Shown here piece after piece: positions 11,827-24,631 of a stretch of 64,000 nt of DNA (positions within the stretch are counted from its first letter, which is position 1; every line of letters begins with the position of its first letter). The stretch spans positions 32,984,001-33,048,000 of the forward strand of contig NC_090353.1 of NCBI RefSeq assembly GCF_035084215.1. The letters are read 5' to 3'. This DNA is from Heptranchias perlo. Taxonomy: Eukaryota. Position numbers and translations under genes: made by a program. The notes beneath the pieces are model-generated. The model had not been told where the DNA came from and made no database searches. It saw only the letters and a list, made by a program, of their open reading frames with translations.

Positions 11827-12477
11827 GGTAGCACTCTCGGAGTCAGAGGGTTATGGGTTCATGCCCCACTCCAGAGACTTAAACACATGATCCAGGCTGA
11901 CACTCCAGTGCAATACGGAGGGAGTGCTGCATTGTCAGAGGTGCCGTCTTTTGGATGAGACATTAAACCGAGGCCCGGTCTGCCCTCTCAGGTGGATGTA
12001 GAAGATTTTGTGGCACTTTTCTGAAGAGCAGGGAAGTTCTCCCTGGTGTCCTGGCCAATATCCTTCAATCAACATCAATGAAATATATTATCTGGTCATT
12101 ATCACATTGCTGTTTGTGGGTCCTTGCTACATGCAAATTGGCTGCTGCGTTTCCTACATCACAACACTGACTACACTTCAAAAATGCTCCATTGACTGTA
12201 AGGTGCTTTGGGATGTCTTGAGGTTGTGAAAAGTGTGATATAAAATGCAAGTCTTTCTTTGACCTGCTCTGGTAAGCAGTGAGGGTTTTACATGGTTAAA
12301 CTCCAGTAACATCCCGGCACGCAATTGGAGTTCCCCCAAGTCTTGGCTCTGCAAAACCCATCCTAAACTCTCTGGGTTTAGGGAAAAGTGACATGCCCTA
12401 TAGGGAGAGAGTGTTGCACTCCATACTGGGTAAGCAGAAACCTGACAGCTGGGTTCGGAATTGGGAGAAGATTGCAT

Positions 12478-12505
12478 TGGACACCTGGTGGCACTGTGCT
12501 GCAGC
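12478..12505 (-). promoter_or_regulatory. Candidate CTCF site (ZNF367-like intron 3)
   Basis: Minus strand GCTGCAGcacagtgCCACCAGGTGTCC: imperfect core plus upstream GCTGCAG. Confidence 0.35.
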
Positions 12506-13469
12506 CCTAACACTGCACCCCCCAAAACCAGCCCAGTGCTGTAGCTACAAGTCTGGGGAAAGTTTGTGCCTGTAATCCGTGCTTGGGGATTCGTGCTGCT
12601 GTCCACCTAGTGACTATACAAGTCCACACTCAGTCACTCCACAACCAAAGTGAAGAAGGTTCCTGCTTGTAGAATTTTTACAGCACAGAAGGAGGCCATT
12701 TGGCCCATCGTGCCTGTGCCCTCTCTCTAAAACAGCCATTCACTGAGTCCTATTCCTCTAACCTTTCCCCAACCCATTTAAAACTCTTCCCTTTTCAAAT
12801 ATTTATCTTCTTCCCTTTTAAAAGCGATTGTGGATTCTGCTTCCCCCACATTCCGTACCCCAACTTAAAAAAAAATTCTCGGAACGCCAGGCTGATTGAA
12901 AAAGAAAGTCACCGTGACTCTGATTTTACAAGTCCTGCAAGACTCTTCAAGGGAGGGTCTCCAGAGTCAAACAAGCAACATTAGGCGATGCGCTTCCAAA
13001 CAGAGGCAACATGTGCAGCACTTCCGAGGCCTTTTAAACGGGACCAAGATGCTTAGGGAGGACGAAGGCCGTTCAGCCCATTCTAAGTCATCCATTCAGA
13101 GAGATCGGAAAGTCCCCACATTGCTGCATCCAATTGTTTCTTAAATGATTCCACTGCTCCACCTGGAAATTTATTCCACGTTTTGAAGACTCTTTGTGCC
13201 AAGAAGACTTCCCTGATAGCAGTCCTAAAATGTCCGTTTATTAGTATGAATATATGTCCCATTTCCTAACTCAATTTAAAGTAATATTCCAGATTTGCAT
13301 TCTCCATTTCCTTAACTATCTCAAATGATCACCTCTCAGGCACTTCTTTTGGGTGTATTCCGTAAATAATCCGTAGTGGAATCTAGTTATTTATGAACGG
13401 GACGAAGTGGATTTAAAAATAAACTAAATCCCGTGCAGTCTCCCCTCACAGTGAAATCTAAATTTTAAA

Positions 13470-13800
13470 AAATTCATTCTTGGGACGTGGGCCTCACTAG
13501 CAAGGCCGGCATTTAGAATCCATAGACTCTCACAGCACAGAAGGAGGCCATTCGGCCCATCGTACCTGTGCCAGCTCTTTGAAAGAGCTGTCCAATTTAG
13601 TCCCACACACCAGCTTTTTCCCCTTAACCCTGCAAATTAGCCCTCTTCAAGAACATGTCCAATTGCCTTTTGAAAGTTCTTATGGAATCTGATTCCACCA
13701 CCCTTTCAGATAGTGCGTTCCAGATCTTAATTTATTGCCCATCCCTAGTTGCCCTTTGAGAAGGTGGAGGTGGGCCTTCTTCTTGAACCGCTGCAGTCCA
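13470..13800 (-). mobile_element. CR1 3' fragment (13516-13729) nested in a LINE/SINE tail
   Basis: Host tail ..gcaaggccggcATTTA [CR1] ATTTAttgcccatccc.. with a 5-nt duplication. Confidence 0.8.
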
Positions 13801-14279
13801 GGAGACTGTACAGGTTTGATCACAACAGGAGCTGGGTGACAAAGGCTCAGGAAGTGTACCAGTGCTGCACATGCTCAGCAAATGATGCCGAGACTGACTG
13901 ATTGTGTGCCAGGACTGTACAGGTGAAAAGAGGGTTTCCAGTTCAGGGACCCTTTTCCTGAACTGCAGCAGAGCTGGAACTCGCTGCATTCCTCTGCTTC
14001 TTCACACTGGGAGCCAGGCTGCTCTACTTTAACCCAGTACTTCGCAAAGGATCGCAAGCCTGAGGTGGCAAGACCCTCCGCTGCTGACCTCTGACCCACA
14101 ATTCTTACCGTTCCTTCCTTCACCTTCAGTCTACTCCAATTAACTTTGTGTGTGAACACAAGAGCTGGAGTCGAATCTGCAGTGAGCGCATCCATCTGAT
14201 GATATTATTGCTGTGTTTTTATGTGTCGTCAAGTACACGCATGGTCAAGATATTAATGCACACACGTGTATATACGTGC

Positions 14280-15150
14280 AACCTTTGAAATTGGATATAT
14301 ACTTGAAAAGGAAAATTTTGAAGGGCTTTGGGGAAAGAGCAGGAGAGTGGGGCTAACGGGATAGAATTATACTGGGGCTTAGAGGGTTAAATTATGAGGA
14401 CAGGTAGCATAAATTTGGCTTGTATTCCCTTGAGTATAGAAGATCGAGGGGTGATCTGATCGAGGTGTTTAAAATGTTAAAAAGATTCGGTAGGGTATAT
14501 ATGGAGAAACTATTTCCTCTGGTGGGGGAATCAAGAACGAGGGGGCATAATCTTAAAATTAGAGCTGGGAGGGAGGGAAATCAGGAAACTTTTTCCATAC
14601 AAAGGATAGTAAAAATCCAGAATTCTCTCCCCCAAAAAGGCTGTGGATGCGGGGGACAATTGGAGCTTTCAAGCCTTTTGGGGGAAGAGATCGATAGATT
14701 TTTGTTAGGTAAAGGAATCAAGGAATATGGAGCAAAAGCTGGTAAGTGGAATTGAGATACAGATCAGCCGCGATCTCACTGAATGGCAGAGCAGGCTCGA
14801 GGGGCTGAATGGCCTACTCCTGTTATTATGTTAGCTCTTTCAAAAGCCGGGACAGGCACAATGGGCCGAATGGCTGTACATAAACTGTGTCAGCTGTGGC
14901 TCAGTTGGTAGCACCCTTGTCACTCAGTCACGAAGGTTGTGGGTTCAAGTCCCACTCCAGAGTCTTCACCTCATAAGCTAGGCTGTCACTACTGTGCAGT
15001 ACTGAGGGAGTGCTGCATTGCCTTTTTGGACTCTAAGGGATATGGGGATCAGGCGGAAAAGAGTCGAGGTCGAAGATCAGCTATGATCTTATTGAATGGC
15101 GGAGCAGGCTCGAGGGGCCCTATGGCCTACTCCTGCTCCGATTTCTTATG
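14280..15150 (+). mobile_element. Nested CR1 fragments plus partial tRNA-SINE head (~14889-15020)
   Basis: YSLEYRRSRGDLIEVFKMLK..RTRGHNLKI; CR1 tails; gtggctcagttggtagc..gggttcaagtcccactccag. Confidence 0.8.
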
Positions 15151-15187
15151 TATCTTCTGAATCGGTCAGCTGCGGACCCCCACGTTA

Positions 15188-15364
<177 letters not shown>

Positions 15365-16254
15365 TCAAAGAGAGAGAGGAGGGGGAGGAGGAAGAAGAAG
15401 GAAAGAAAATAAAATACTTTTTTCCCCCCCATTAACTTAAAAACCACCAATCTCTTCAGCTTATAGAGATAAGGTCACACACGTCCGTGGAATTTAAAAC
15501 ACACCACAGTATTCCCAGTAGGTTATTCTTTCAGGGAGATCCCAAGACTCGGTTTTCAGAGAATGCAGACAACCGATCGAAATCGGCAAAAAAGCGAAGA
15601 CATTTTTTTAAACCGCATCTTAAAGAGCCAATAATTTGCTCTTTGGCGGCTTCTTCAGTTCCATCGCCCGTGGAACCAGTAGGACTATGCAGACTGACCA
15701 GTTGCCCCCACAAAAATGGCAATCGGGTTCTTATTTACGTCACAGGATCCCAATTTCCATATTAAAAGGGCCCCCCCCTCCCCCCGCAATCGTCTGAAAC
15801 AGCCGGTCGCTTTGGATACCCGGCGGCAGGCCCCTTTCAAAATGGAGCCGCCCACATCGCTGTCGTTAACGGGACAGTGAGGCGACCGAACCCCGAATTA
15901 CGAGGCCGTTGCTGCCCCGTCAACGCCAGGCGAAGGCAGCAAAAATCATCCCCCCCCCCGCCCCCCCACAATGCTTCATTATTGAAAAACCCGGGTGAAG
16001 TTGATGGATTCGGACACCAAAGTTGAAAAGAGTAGGAGCGACGGCCACATCACAGACTTTCCAGAAGAGTCACCGGACAGCAGTCAGGAGCAGAGGTCAC
16101 TAAGGCCTAATTGGAGATCCCCAATTAAGATCAGTTAGCTCAGCACAGACCAGGAACTAAACCTGCAACCTCCTGGGTGCGTATGACACAGCCACATGCT
16201 GCATTTATCAACTGATCCACGGGGAGAAATTCCCAACACCATTTTTATTTTAAA

Positions 16255-16500
16255 CAAAAGCAAAGTACTGCCGATGCTGGAAATCTGAAACAAAAAACAG
16301 AAAATGTTGGTAAACACTGGTCAGGCAGCACCTGCGGAGAGAGAAACAGAGTTAATGTTTCAGGGTGACCATCCATCAGGACACATCGTCAGCAGTTCTG
16401 GTGAGAGGTCATCGACCTGAAACGTAAACTCCGTTTATATCTCTCCACGGATGCTGCCTGACCTGCGGAGTGTTTTTCAGCATTTTCTGTTTTTATTTCA
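16255..16500. mobile_element. Palindromic Penelope-type element with degenerate hammerhead cores
   Basis: Arms ~16286-16380 and ~16395-16500 are imperfect inverted repeats; CTGGTGA GAGGTC ATC GACCT GAAA CGTA at 16398-16426. Confidence 0.7.
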
Positions 16501-16951
16501 TTCTTTTGTAAATTGAAAGATCAAGGTCCAAAAGTGCAGATACCACCAAGGTGACGATTGCAAGGGGAGAAGCAGTGTCGAGTAACACCAAACTTGCCCC
16601 TAGATTCACCCACATAACAAACACAAACCTCCAAAAAGTAATTCACGTGAAGCACTTGGATACATTTTCAGCTACAGGATGAGGCGCTACGTAAACGAAA
16701 GTATTTTTAGATTGCAGAAGGAAGGCAAGACTGAAGGTGTTAGGGGGGTTCCACGATGGGGACCCTGGGAAAGAACGAGTCGGAGATAACGTGAGGAGTC
16801 TTGAGCTCGATGGGTGGGTGAGAAGATGGAGCAAGAGCGGTGAAGGTAACGATGGTGAATATTTTTTAAACGGAGTGGCCTCCTTCTGTGCTGTACGATT
16901 CTATATGGGCAGGAGCGACGAGCTGCCTGTGCTGTCCCCTCTTCCACTTAC

Positions 16952-17102
16952 CAGTGTGCGTCCTTCTGTGAGCTTGTAGTGATTTTTCCCGCGGGAATAC
17001 TCGATTGCAGATGTGACAGCGGATCCGGCTGGTGGACACAGTGCCCTCAGTGATCAAATCTCGGACTATTTCTGCTCTTGGGCGGCCACGTCGAATCCCA
17101 TC
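16952..17102 (-). CDS. ZNF367-like exon 2 (first C2H2 finger)
   Basis: DGIRRGRPRAEIVRDLITEGTVSTSRIRCHICNRVFPREKSLQAHRRTHT; cag| and |GTAAGT; 151 nt. Confidence 0.96.
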
Positions 17103-17702
17103 CTGCAACACAGAACCCGAGGATGTCATTTGTGAACACCCACATTCCCGAGTTAGACCCCTGGCCTGCGCCGAGTTAGCCGATCTCTCAATCTAATCGG
17201 GGGTCGGGGGGTGTGGAAACAGTTGGGATGCTGCAGTTGGCATCAGCGCTATTGAACGAAGCAAAAATAGTATAATAATAAAAAAAAAATCGGCCAGGGT
17301 CCCTGCTCCTGCTCACTGTTCAACGACCTCTGCCAGGGATGGACGTCAGGTCAGGACCAGATCAGGCTTAGCTCTGAAACTCTTCAGAGCACAGAAGCCT
17401 CCCAGTCTTCAGTATTTAGGCCTAGAAAGAACGGCCACTTGCGCGAGGTACTGGGAGGGCTGTTTCCACCATACAGCAGCATGGGCAGTCCATGTGATAT
17501 TCTTTCTGGCAGCTTGGCTCAGTGGAGGCACTCTCACACGAGCTAGAAGGTTCTTGTTTCAAGTTCAATCAAGGCTGACATTTCAGTGCAGTTTGAGGGA
17601 GTGCTGCCTTGTCAGAGGTGCTGAGATGTTAAGCAGAGCCTATTCAGGTGAATTTAAAAGATGGCACTTTTGTGAAGGGCAGGGAAGTCATCCCAGTGTC
17701 CT

Positions 17703-17865
17703 GGCCAGGGGCAGACTGGCCAAATGGGAAATCAGGAGATTTCCCCAAGTGCCCCCCATGAACGTTTCCATAGCGCTGTATTATTAGCACCCCCACCCCC
17801 CCCCCCCCGCCATTTTCCATGAGAATCTCACACTCTCTTGGGGGAGCCAGTCTGCCCCCCTGGCC
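17703..17865. mobile_element. Small MITE inserted in a SINE
   Basis: GGCCAGGGGCAGACTGGC ... GCCAGTCTGCCCCCCTGGCC inverted termini; SINE sequence resumes on both sides. Confidence 0.6.
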
Positions 17866-17962
17866 TGACCAACATTCACCCCCCCAACCAAGTCAAAACT
17901 GGTCATTCATTTTATTTTTTGTTTACGAGATTTTGCTGTGCACAAATTGTCTACCACATGGA

Positions 17963-18335
17963 CGGGTACAGTAGTGCAGTGGTTGTGTTACTGGACTAGT
18001 AATCCAGAGCACGTTAGTTCAAATCCCACTATTGCAATTTAAAAAATCTGGAAATCCGGTATCAGTAAAAGTGACCATGAAGCTGTCGTATTGTCATTAA
18101 AAACCCAACTGGTTTACTAATGCCCTCTAGGGAAGGAAACCTGCCGTCCTTACCCGGTCTGGCCTCTATGTGACTATTAACTGCCCTCTGAAGTAGCCTA
18201 GCAAGCAACAGAGTTGTATCAAACCATTCAGCGGTTCAAGAAGAAAGCCCACCACCACCTTCTCAAGGTCAACTGGAGACGGGCAATAAATGCCAGCCTT
18301 GCCAGCGATGCCCACATCCCAAGAATGATTTTTTT
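17963..18335 (+). mobile_element. tRNA-derived SINE sharing its 3' tail with the LINE at 48960-51708
   Basis: TAGTGCAGTGG A box, GTTCAAATCC B box; tail gcggttcaagaag..ccaccaccttctcaagg..gggcaataaatgc..gatgcccacatccca. Confidence 0.85.
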
Positions 18336-18689
18336 TAAATTGCCTACACTGCACTTCAAAAGGACTTCACTGGCTGCGAAGCTTGAGAATGCAAGTTTTT
18401 TTTAAAAAACCCTTTGACTGCAGTGGAGGCAAATAATGCGGGGGAAATTTAAGGGAGATTTGGGAAGTTAGTTCAGGTAACGGGGGTGATTGAGAGGAAT
18501 TAGTTTTTTTTTGGGCGACTGCAGAGCCTGTACTTTCCTAGGTTCCCAATCAATAAAGATGCGGCTATCACGGTGACGGTCACCTTGGAGCAAATTTAAA
18601 TAACGACGAGGAAATAAAACACAAAAAGGATGAGGATTTTTTTTTTGTGCAGAAAAGCCCCGGGATTTCCTCCTGTTTGACAGTCGGGA

Positions 18690-18820
18690 TGAATGGGCGC
18701 GCCCCGGCAGTAAGCCAATCACACGGCACGTGGGGAGGGTGGGCGGGGCCGCCCGGTGTCCCGTCGCCATGGCGATAGAACGTTGGCGCCTGCAACATTT
18801 TGGCGGGTTCCGCGCGGACT
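18690..18820. promoter_or_regulatory. Intronic CpG island with promoter-type motifs
   Basis: CCAAT 18715, CACGTG 18727, GC box 18741, RFX X-box-like GTCGCCATGGCGAT 18763-18776, E2F-like TTGGCGCC 18783 and TTTTGGCGGG 18798. Confidence 0.6.
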
Positions 18821-19410
18821 GTGGCAATTTCAGGTCATTCAAGGAGGGAAGAATCTCAACCATTCATTAAAAACCCCTTGCATTTCTAACAACATAATAA
18901 TCAAGGCCACGATCGTTTTTTTAAAAAAAAGAAAGAAAGTGAGGGAAACTTTGCAAGTGAACAATTCGCAAATTGAATTGAAAAATGCGTTTCATTTAAA
19001 ACGAAAAAGGGACTTTGATACATCTGGAAATTGACCTGTTCGGTTGAGAGAGCTCAATTACATCTGTTAAGTTATTTTTAACAACTGAAAATCACGCTGC
19101 CCTTGGAGAGAGGGGGGGGGGATGAACAGCAAGGGATTTCCAGCAAAACTTGCTGGCCCCAAACCAAATATAGATCTGCAATTAGAAGTTCGAAAAACAC
19201 TGCACCTTTTGACTGACTTACATGTTACAATTATAAATTATATTTAAGTACAGTTGCAGTAGTGACAAACCAAGTGCAATGGGTTTTATTGCCATTATTA
19301 TTCCCTGCATTAGGTATTAAAATCCCATTTGACAACCTGTGCACCGCATCTCCTTCTAAAGTCGCTGGGTCCGCTACAGGGACACCAACAAAGAACGCCG
19401 CCTCCTTTAC

Positions 19411-19656
19411 CTTATACGCGGGGATGTCAGGACTTTGCCCGGGTGAAGTTGACCCTGTTGATCCGGCGCTGGGAGTCGGGCTCAGGCTCATATTGTTGGA
19501 GTTTTCCGCCCATTTGTAGGGAAAAACCACTGAAAAATCCCCCAAACTTAACTCCTCGGCCCCGCGCTTGGATTTGAACGGCGTGGATTTAATCACAGAG
19601 ACGATCATCCGCTTGGGCGAATCGCAACCCGCGCTCCCGGGCATAATAATATACAT
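19411..19656 (-). CDS. ZNF367-like zinc finger protein, coding exon 1 of 5
   Basis: MYIIMPG..CDSPKRMIVSVIKSTP..FPYKWAENSNNMSLSP..SPDIPAYK resembles ZNF367 DSPKRVLVSVIRTTP/YPWRWGENAHNVTLSP; donor AAG|GTAAAG phase 0; alternative ATG at 19644. Confidence 0.85.
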
Positions 19657-19659
19657 TGA

Positions 19660-19870
19660 TTTTTCTTTTAAATAAAAAGAGATGGAAAGTCCGGTTCTTG
19701 TATGTTTCTTGTCCTCTGGCGCCTTTCCCGCGTATTTTGCCTGCTGGGAATTCTCGTTAACCAATCAGTCCAGAGATACGGGGGCATCCCCGCGCTTTCC
19801 GTCCAATCGGTTGGTGAGCTGTCGTGTGTCAAAACAGGCATTTAAACTGAGTTTAAAGCTGGGTCCGTTT
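19660..19870 (-). promoter_or_regulatory. Cell-cycle-type promoter of the ZNF367-like gene
   Basis: E2F site TTTCCCGCG 19724-19732, CCAAT boxes at 19761 and 19803, TTTAAA (CHR-like) at 19667, 19841 and 19852; CpG-rich. Confidence 0.7.
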
Positions 19871-22800
19871 TTTTTTAAAAAAGTATGAAAATGACTCAGG
19901 CTCTGGCAAGACAAGGAGGCACAGATCATTGCTGAGGCATAGCATTACTCTATGAGTGTACTAATCAGTACCTCATTGTGTTAGTAATAAGGAAAGTATG
20001 TCCCTAAATAGTAATACCTTACAGTAATGTCTAATGATCTGCATAATACTGTACAGGAGAGATTCTATTTAAAGGGTCACTGTCTTCTTGCAAATATATT
20101 CTTTTAACTACCCCAAGCCCCTTTATGTGAGGCTTAGAATCTTCAACCTTCATGCTACCATTGAGCCACGGCTGACTCATATTGGGATGTGGTTTCATGG
20201 ACATCAGTTAGTCTCTGGTACTTAGTGCTTTCCCTATGCGTGAGTGCATTGCGTGTCAATACGCTATTTGACTACAGCAGGAGGCATCTCAGACAAGTGA
20301 TCCTGCCCTCGGCCAGTGTCCACATACGAGCACTTCCTGGTGTGGCTGACTGGACAGCAGTCAGCAGCAGGGTCCCTGGCTCACTTTTCTTCCGACCCAA
20401 GCCCAGGTAATCTGAGACCAATTGTAGTGCCCCTACCATCAACCCTAGCTGAGATCAGCAGATCCGGGACAATATTTTTTTAAATGGGGAAAGTAGTAAC
20501 TTTGAGTTGTGACTCTCTAGCTACATCTTTAAAGGAAAGTTGAAGATTTTAACAAAAAGAAAACACTTAGTCAAATCAGCCTTATTAGGAACACTTTTTG
20601 TTGTATAAGTCAGTCTATGAGATGATTACAGTGAGGGCAGTATCTCTTCAGTGTAGTAACCTGTCAGATTGAGCAGAGAAAGTACAATAAACTCAAAGTA
20701 TGATTGCTGACATTTCACTGAGGGACTCCTTATAATTTTGATGTCAGATGATAAATCTTCTAATGGGCTCCTCTAAGCCTTCCCTTCCACCTACGATCTG
20801 CAAGCTTTTGAAACTCAAGCTGCATATCATCTAATTCTTGATTTTCCTCATCTCCTCTCTTACTCTTTTCAAATGATGCCCTGCACTGTAGGTCCTGGAT
20901 CGTGATCTGGGATTATACATAAAACAAAAGGTGTTGGGAATTTCCCCAGTGGTTCAACAGCATCAAGAGTTTGCACTTAGCATCTTTAGCTCTGAAAACA
21001 TCCCAAGGTTCTTTGCACAGAGGAGAGAAATAGGTGCTGAGCCATGAGGAAAGAGATTAGGAGAAGTGGCCGAAAGCTTAGTCGAAAAGATGGGTTTCGG
21101 GAAGGTTTTTAAAGGAGAGAGAAGTGGAGGGGCAGAGGGGTTTAGGGAGGCGGTTCCAGTTTGTGGGGATGCTGAGAGCAATTGTAATACTACTGCTTCC
21201 CTGTCTGAGATCACTGAACTCAGTATAGGTTGTGGATTAAAACTGGAACCTTCTCGTTGTGAGGATTAGTTAAACACCATGCGGTCCATTTAACTGATGA
21301 GCCATCAGCACACTGATACATCATTGCAATACTGCAAACGCAACAGCGCCCCTTTAAAAGGCATAAAAAGGAGAATCAGTGCCCAGAGAATGAATTTTAA
21401 AATACATATTGATTCCCTCTGCTGGATGACTGAGGTATCGCACTAACACAGAACTACCAACAACAATTTACATTAATAAAGCACGTTTAATGTGGAAAAA
21501 TGTCCTACGGAGCTTCATACAGGCGCATTTCTTTTTTTAAAAATGGATGCTGAGCCAAAGAAAGATATTAGGAGGGATAATCAAAAGCTTGGTCGAAGAG
21601 TTGAACCCTAAAGGAGGAGAGGGAGGTGGAGTAGCAGAGGGTTTTAGGGAGGTTAATTCCAGAGTGTGGACCGAGACGACTGAAGGCATAGCCCCCTGTG
21701 TTGGGGAGAAGTGACGAGGGATGCACAAGAGGCCAGAGTCAGAGGAAGGGGTGGGGGCAGGACTGGAGGAGGTTATCGACATGGAGAGGAGCAAGGCCGT
21801 AAAGGGATTTAAACATGAGGCTGAGAATTTTAAATTTGAGTCCTTGGGGGACCAGGAACCAATGTAGGTCAACAAAGAGAGAAAGATACGTCTTTATTGT
21901 GGAGAAAGAATAAACTTGTATTTCTATAGTGCCTTTCATGTCCTCTGGACGTCCCAAAGTGTTTCACAGCCAATGAATACTTTTGAAGTACAGTCAATGT
22001 TATGTAGCAAATGCAGCAGCCAATTTGCGCTCAGCAAGGTCCCACAAACAGCAATAAGATAATGGCCGGTTAATATGTTTTTTCGGTGTTGGTTGAGGGA
22101 TTAACATTGGTCAAGACACCGGGAGAACGCTCCTGTTCCACTTCAAATAGGATCTTTTACATCTACCTAAAGATTGAATTACAGGGCTGACAGCTCCTGG
22201 ATTGCTGCAAATTGGGAAGTTTGTTGCTCATTTTCTAGCCAACAAGCCTGCAGTGCATGTTTACCCTGCTGAGCTCTCCGGCTGTTTATTAGTCAACCTG
22301 TGGCTGAGTTTAAGCCGATGAGTGTTTTTGAATGTTGTACTTTGAGGGGCTTCCCCAGATTGAGATGGGAAAGCCATGTGCTCGGTAACATGTTCAGTGC
22401 CTCATGGGATTTGTCAGATTCGGTGATGCAGTCTTTAGTTTCACTCTTCTGACGAATACATATTTGCAAGTCTTTAAACATAGATTATTTATTTTTTAAA
22501 ACTGATTAATTTTTGTGCTCATTAAGGAAGGTTCCAGGAAATGGAGTATCTAGTGCCATCTAGTGTCAGGATCTCCCAGGTCAAGTATACCATGGTCCAT
22601 GCAGAGTAAAGTTCTTTCCATATTGCCACAATGTTCCTCAGAAGTTCACTCCCTACTGCATCAATAAATTTACACCACTGACAGAATTGTTCATTCCCAC
22701 ACTGGCTATTCCAGTGGTTGGTCAATTTATGCTAAATTCTAGATAATTTTGCACTGTGTGAGTCCATGGAAATTGGGTCCTCATTTCACTTATAATCAGT

Positions 22801-22972
22801 AGGGAGAATATCCTTTCAACCCATCAGTGTGGGCTAGATTTAAAAACCAGATCTCAGAGCTAGTAGGATTGTATTATACCATTGTATTTCAATTGGTCTC
22901 AAAGCAATGGGCTGGGGGTAGGGGAGAGGAATTTAGCCAGGGTTCCTCCTCCCGAGTGCTAGCCAGTGACTC

Positions 22973-23558
22973 AACAACAACAATTTGCATTATAGTGCCT
23001 TTAAAGTAGTAAAATGTCCCAAGGCGCTTCACAGGAGCGATTATCAAACAAAATATGACACCGAGCCACATAAGGAGATATTAGAACAGGAGTCCAAAAG
23101 CTTGGTTAAAGAGGTAGGTTTTAAGGAGCGTCTTAAAGGAGAAGGGAGAGAGGTAGAGAGGTTTAGGGAGGGAATTCCAGAGCCTAGGCAGCTGAAGGCA
23201 CGGCCACCGATGGTGGAGCGATTAAAATCGGGGATGTTGAAGAGGCAAGAATTGGAGGAGCGCAGAGATCTTCGAGGGTTGTAGGGCTGGAGGAAGTTAC
23301 AGAGATAGGGAGGGGCGAGGCTATAAAGAAATTTGAAAACAAGGATGAGAATTTTAAAATTCCCGAATCAGGAGCCAATGTAGGTCAGCGAGCACTGGGG
23401 TGATAGGTGAACGGGACTTGGTGCGAGTTAGGATGCAGGTGGCAGAGTTTTGTATGAGCTCAAGTTTATGGAGGGTGGAAGATGGGAGGCCGGTCTGGAC
23501 AGCATTAGAATAGTCGAGTCTGGAGGTAACAAAGACATGGATGAGGGTTTCAGCAGCA
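22973..23558 (-). mobile_element. L2-type LINE 3' fragment inserted in an older SINE-like repeat
   Basis: (TTG)n tail on minus strand; GACTC duplicated at 22968-22972 and 23559-23563; host repeat continues on both sides. Confidence 0.8.
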
Positions 23559-24631
23559 GACTCCTACTGGAAAGCGTGCATGTCAGAGATCAGGTTTGTG
23601 ATGCTGTCTGTTGTTGAATAACCTGCTGACATTGGTCTGGGCTCACACATGAAGAATGGCTCCTTCAGAGTGGTGTTTGGGGGGATGCTAGTACCCATGG
23701 AACTGTAACTCAGCATAAATCAACACTTTCAAAAAAGGAAAGGGAAACAAAAGACGCTACTATGAAAAAAAGGGCAAAAAACTTTGTGAAAAATACGTGG
23801 TATCCAACTTGAATTTTGCACACACCTTTCAGAACTCTTTTTTTCCTGCCTCAAATGGCTTACTCCACATCTGAAGTAATAAAAACACAAAAAAAGATGT
23901 GATCCAGTTTTATTCAATCAATTTCCAAAATATATTTCTGGTAGAAGCCTTTCCATCATTTTGCACGTGCACCAAAACCCCAGCAGATTATCTTTTATTT
24001 AAGATTTTGTTCTACAAAAAGCTCAATAAAGTTCCAGCCCAACCATCGGAGATGGTAAATGTGTTGATTGAAAAGCAGCTTTCCAGGGCTCCATATGCAT
24101 GGCGTATTTCCCATAGTGTGCCTTTAGGCACTTGTGTATTGATGGTGTGCGGTTAATGGCAGGTGCGCAGTACTCCCATTGATGTATTATTGTAAACCAG
24201 GCGAATACCGTGCTTCCAGTGTTGCCCAGGGCTTGTTCTGGGGGGCCTGAGTGTTTAGGTGTGATGTGCAGTACAACATAGGCCCTCCAAAAGGACCAGC
24301 GGTACAGTAAAAATGGGAAGTCGCAGGTCTCCACTTGAGCACCACAATGGCAGCAATATAAAAGCATTCTTTGTACCAAACCTTATCTAATTCCCTAGTA
24401 ATGTACTTTGTTTAAATTCTGGTTCAAGTCTCTGAAGTTACGAATGTAACCTTCTAGTATGTGATCATCACTCTTTTAGACCCCTTGTAACAGCTACCCC
24501 TCAGGTTTTTTGTTTGCATATATTTTATCATATTTTTAAAACATTCCCTATCTTTATTATAATTATTCCCAGATACTAGATCTCATCTCCCAACTGCTTT
24601 CTTGCTAGTGTGGTCACCCAACCACACACTT

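Noticed and set aside
19231-19410. Continuation of the 177-aa ORF beyond PAYK
   Set aside because: Read-through into intron 1; homology resumes at DGIRR in exon 2 after the AAG|GTAAAG donor.
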